The translations under genes and the position numbers were made by a program. From the human T2T-CHM13v2.0 reference genome, Homo sapiens: a stretch of 64,000 bases of DNA. The notes beneath the pieces were generated by a model. The model worked only from the letters and a program-made list of their open reading frames with translations. It was not told the DNA's origin and did no database searches. Positions 55,734 to 64,000 of the stretch are shown here, piece after piece; the stretch's first letter is position 1, and every line of letters begins with the position of its first letter. The DNA lies in assembly GCF_009914755.1 (NCBI RefSeq), contig NC_060943.1; one strand, written 5' to 3'.

Positions 55734-56363
55734 TGTTATGGGAAATGGGCCCCAATCCAGACCCCAAGAGAGGGTTCTTGGATCTTGCACAAGAAAGAAT
55801 TCAGGGCAAGTCCATAAAGTGAAAGCAAGGTTATTAGAGAAGTAAAGAAACAAAAGAATGGCTACTCCATAGGTAGAGCAGCCCTGAGTGCTGCTAGTTG
55901 GCTATTTTTATGGTTATTTTTTGATCATGTGCTAAATATAGGGTGAATTATTCATGAGTTTTCCAAGGAAGGGGCAGGGATTTCTCAGAACTGAGGGCTC
56001 CTCTTTTTTTTTAGACCATATAGGGTAACTTCCAGACATTGCCATGGCATTTGCAAACTGCCATGGTGCTGGGGGGAGTGTCTTCTAGCATGCTAATACA
56101 TTATAATTAGTGTATAATGAGCAGTGAGAGCAACCAGAGGTCAGTTTCATCGCTATGTTGGTTTTGGTGGGTTTTGACCACCTTCTTTACTGCATCCTGT
56201 TTTATCAGCAGGGGATTTGTGACCTGTATCTTGTGTTGACCTTCTAGCTCATCCTGCAGCTAAGAATGCCTAACCTCCTGGGAATGCAGCCCAGCAGATC
56301 TCAGCCTCATTTTACCCAGCCCCAGTTCAATATGGAGTTGCTCTGGTTCGAACACCTCTGACA
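55734..56363 (-). mobile_element. MER41B-type LTR (5' LTR of provirus)
   Basis: Direct repeat of 46489-47114; TGTCAGAGGTGTTCGAACCAGAGCAACTCC...TAACA. Proviral TSD atat (46485-46488) / gtat (56364-56367). Confidence 0.88.
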
Positions 56364-59153
56364 GTATGGAGGGTTTACAATTCTTAAGAAGAGAGAAGTT
56401 GCTGAGCTTTAGAGAATAAGCTGAAACATGCATGAAGCACTAATAACTCTTGCCCTGTACTTTGTTACTTTAGTGATAAATTTTACAGCTGGTTCTTTGA
56501 ATAATTTATATTAATTAAGTTTCTCTGTCTGATGTGAAGTAGCCAGTGAATAAGCAAAGCCTAATTCTCCAATAAAGATAATAAAGCCCTTCTTGAGTTA
56601 AATGGAAGTGGGAGAATGTCATGTCTGTTTCTGTCCATTTCCATTCCTGCTCCTTCTCCTCTGGACGAAACAGGGCTGGCTGATGGAATTAACCAGGAAG
56701 GCTTCAAATGGGGAAATTGGCTCATTTAAACTCCTGCTAGTATTAAACTGTTCCTCAGTCCTATGTAAGTTAAGACAAAAAAGTTATGAAACTCATGTGA
56801 GTTATAGGTATAGGATTCTGTTAACAAGTATATCATATCCAGATAAATATGGGCACCTTAAAAGTAGTTGTCCTGGGAATAAATACACATCTATTCAAAA
56901 AATTCTGTCATCATTACTCAAAATATTTTGGTCAACTTGCCATGTAGAGTTACTTTCAAAACCAGTCTGAGGCCTACAAGAAAATCAGTTTCACTTCCTT
57001 ATAATCACACTTAGGATTTCAGATACTTGCTAGTCTGTTTATGTTTATTGGCCTTTTTTAAATAGTTACCCCTTTTTATTTCTCTAGCCCCAAGCAAGGA
57101 AAGCTCTGGGTTCACATAGTGCTCCAAGTACAGGACAAGGCTCACATCATACAGAGCCTAAGCAATGAAGAAAGATTGGCATGCTTCACAAGACTTTGAC
57201 CTTTAAACAAAGCATGGTCAGTCTGTTTTCTCCAGTGTCCTGTTTCTGCTTTGTGATCCCCTCCCCCACTCTTTTTGTATTAAAGAACCCTTAAACCTGA
57301 GGCTGGGGACATGGCCTTGAATTGTCCTCTCAGAGGAAACTGGGAGAATGGGTAGAGCGAGGTACTTCAGAGGTCTCTTTTTCCTTCTGCTCGTGGGTAG
57401 TTAGTTAATGATCTACCAGCAGTCCCCACTCTTGGGGAGACTGGGATCATGTTCCAGCCGCACATCACAGCTTAGGGCAGAGGGCACTTTGTACACAGAG
57501 GGAGCTGCATCTGACTTTCCTACTTCATCTGTAGAGTCAGTAGCCATCTGTAGTCTTGCATGTTCTCAGTTTTCAGGCTCCGGATATGAAAATGGATCTT
57601 TCAATTTTCTTTCTCTCTGACTCTGCTCTGAGGGAAAATGAGGACGTTTACTAGCAGAGGAAAAAGAAATACTGAAGTTTGCAAAAATTGATAGAAAGCT
57701 GGGCTCCCTGCTCATCATGCCTCCTTCCTCCCTAGCAGTTTCTAAACCCTCAGAACATTACAGTGAGATTTTAGCTGATGGTACAAACATGTCTACAGGA
57801 TTTCCTCAAGCTGGGGCTACATTAGAAGGCTTTATACTTTGGCCATCTGACCTGCTTTTCTCTTTTCCAGAGTATTCTACTTTTCACAAATAGGTATGAT
57901 CTAGGAGTTCAGCCTCCCTCACCCTTCACTAATTGCAGAATAAGCAATGCAGAGGCTGTTCAGAGAGTATCTTATCTGTGGGGAGAGGGAGAGGAAGCAC
58001 TGGAACACTTGCCAGGGGAGGGACCAGAGGGCATAATTATAAATGAACAACCCTGGAGCAGAATAGGGGATGAGTTAGACACAGGAAGGAAGCTAAAGGA
58101 AGCCAGAGAATTTCAGGAATTGAGGGTATCACATGGAGAAATAAAGAGCGAGTTAGACAGAGGCTGTTGGTGGTCCCTACCCTGACACCTGAAAGAACTC
58201 CTGATCAAGGCCTACTATGGGCATAGTCTTAGGCTAGGTTTTAGGGATAAAGAGATAAATAAGACACAGTCCTTATTTTACAAGTTTACAGTCTAACAAA
58301 AAGGAGATAAATTAACAAATTGGAGGAGATTTTTCAGAATGTGTGGTATTGTGGGCTAGGAGTCTGCTACCATTGCTAATAGCTGGCATTTATTTTTTAC
58401 CCACCGTCTTCTAAGCATTTTATGCATTAAATAACTCATCAACTCCTGACATCGGCCCCTTGAAGTATATATTACTATTGCTATAATCCTTGTTTTATAG
58501 GTAAAGAATCTGAGGCACAGAGGCATTACACATAGCCTGCCTGAGGTCTCACAGCAGGCACTCAGAAGCAGAACTCCAGCACAGGTAGTCTGGTTCTAGA
58601 ACCTACGCTCACACTAACATAGCTGCTAATAAGTCATGTGGGGAAGCTCTGCCACTTCATGTCTACATGCCTTTGTACCCGCTTGTCTTTCCTTGGCCTG
58701 AGATACTCTTCCTTAAAGCCTCTGGTCAACGAGGGACTCTTCTTTGATATCTTCTCTGACTCCTTCTGCCTATCCCAGAGCCATTGCTGCCCTTGGAGCT
58801 TACCCAACACTTTGTCATTGTATTCTATTTGTTGGAATGTCTGACTCCTTTTATTATAAGCTTCTGGAGAGCAAGGAATTTTTATTCTCGGAAAACAGTT
58901 ATAAAAGTAGAGCCAATAATATAATGAGTTTACATGTACTTATCATCCAGCTTCAGTGATGAACATTTCAGTTCAATCTTAGCTCATCTATATTCCCCCT
59001 TCCAACCATGAATTATTTTGTAGAAAATCATAGACATCAAATCATTTCATCTGTAGATATTTCAACTTACTCCTAAAATACAAGGGCATTTTAAGAAACA
59101 GTATCACAAGCATATCAGAAAACATTATCACAGTAAAAGATTATTTCCTCCTT

Positions 59154-61218
<2,065 letters not shown>

Positions 61219-61304
61219 GTTGGATTGATCATTTTTGGCTTCTTTGCCACTTCCTCAGAACAGGATTGTAAAGGAGTTTCCAGAAAGCACCAGTGGCTTT
61301 ATGT

Positions 61305-61797
61305 GTGCTTGGTACACAGAATTCTAAGATGGCCCCTAATACCTAGAACTATGAATATGATGAGAAACCACACCCACGATTATGTTACCTTGTGTGGCAA
61401 ACAGGATTTTGAAGACATAATTAAGGTTACAACTTAGTTGATTTTGAATTAATCAGAAGGGAAATGATCTGAGTGGACCTAATGTAATCACATGAGCTTT
61501 TTAAAAGCAAAATCAGAGCTTTTTCTCAGGCTGGTCTCAGAAGGGAAAATCAGAGATAGTAGAAGTGTGAGAGGGATTTGACTTGAGAGAGGTTCTCCAT
61601 GGCTAAGATGGAGGAGGTCACAGTGCTAGGACCTGAAAAGGTCTTCTAGGAGCTAATAATAGTCCCTGGCCGACAACAGGACAGTGGGGAACTCAAACTG
61701 ACTTCAAGGAACTGAATTCTGCAAACTAATGAGTAAGTGTTGTTTTAAGCCACTAAATTAGTGGCGGTTTATTGTATAGCAATAGAACATGAATACA
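61305..61797 (+). mobile_element. MLT1 (MLT1E-like) MaLR LTR
   Basis: 'cagaattctaagatggcccc', 'caaggaactgaattctgc', 'gttgttttaagccactaaat', 'agcaatagaa..tgaataca'. Confidence 0.75.
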
Positions 61798-61829
61798 GGT
61801 GCTTTGTACCTGATAGATTGAATTAGTGG

Positions 61830-63570
<1,741 letters not shown>

Positions 63571-63963
63571 TCAGCCAGTTGCCAACAATTTCTTCTTGAG
63601 TACCTCTCTGTGCTTTGCAGAATAGATTATTCATCTCATGCCCATCATATAGTATGTCCTTCCAACTCTTTTTATAATTTAATTCCTACCTGTGCTTCAG
63701 GACACTGTTTCCTAACACGGAATAAATGTGAGAATCACTTGGGAGTGTTTCAGAATACACAAGCCCAGGTCTCACTACAGGCATATTGTATCAGCTTTTC
63801 CAGGGATGGTATATATACTTACGTATGTTGAAAACGTTCCCTAGGTAATTCTGATGCATACCCCTAGCTAAAAACCATTGATTTAGCCCCAGGTCTTACC
63901 TATTAGCTCCATCCTGGCTATATGTTAGTAGTGTCTGGGAAGGCTTAAAAATTACAAAGCCTG

Positions 63964-64000
63964 GGCCGGGCGCTGTGGCTCATGCCTGTAATTCCAGCAC
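63964..64000 (+). mobile_element. Alu 5' end (runs off the window)
   Basis: ggccgggcgctgtggctcatgcctgtaattccagcac. Confidence 0.9.

Noticed and set aside
56602-56970. 122-aa ORF in unique AT-rich DNA
   Set aside because: No recognisable homology or coding-like composition; cannot be supported without conservation data.

Overview
Primate (human-like) Alu-rich, repeat-dense genomic DNA. I found no recognisable functional protein-coding exon or CpG island, so it is probably a large intron or intergenic region. Nearly all ORFs in the track are Alu, LTR or low-complexity translations. Main features: (1) a 5'-truncated HERV-H provirus on the minus strand (3' LTR7 6350-6755, full-length but disabled env 6944-8698, integrase C-terminal half to ~9583); (2) an independent solo LTR7 (19334-19744); (3) a 3'-truncated U4 snRNA retropseudogene (32270-32348); (4) a ZFAND5 processed pseudogene (~44390-45164, minus) that keeps an open A20 zinc-finger ORF and is the innermost layer of a four-level nested insertion (old L1 > polyadenylated LTR fragment > Alu > retrocopy); (5) a two-LTR MER41B-type provirus (46489-56363, minus) with STAT (GAS) motifs, lying just upstream of and co-oriented with the retrocopy; (6) dozens of Alus plus MIR, L1, MaLR, MER4-group LTR and hAT DNA-transposon relics. 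Repeat family and subfamily calls come from recalled consensus sequences, not a database search, and old-repeat boundaries are approximate.
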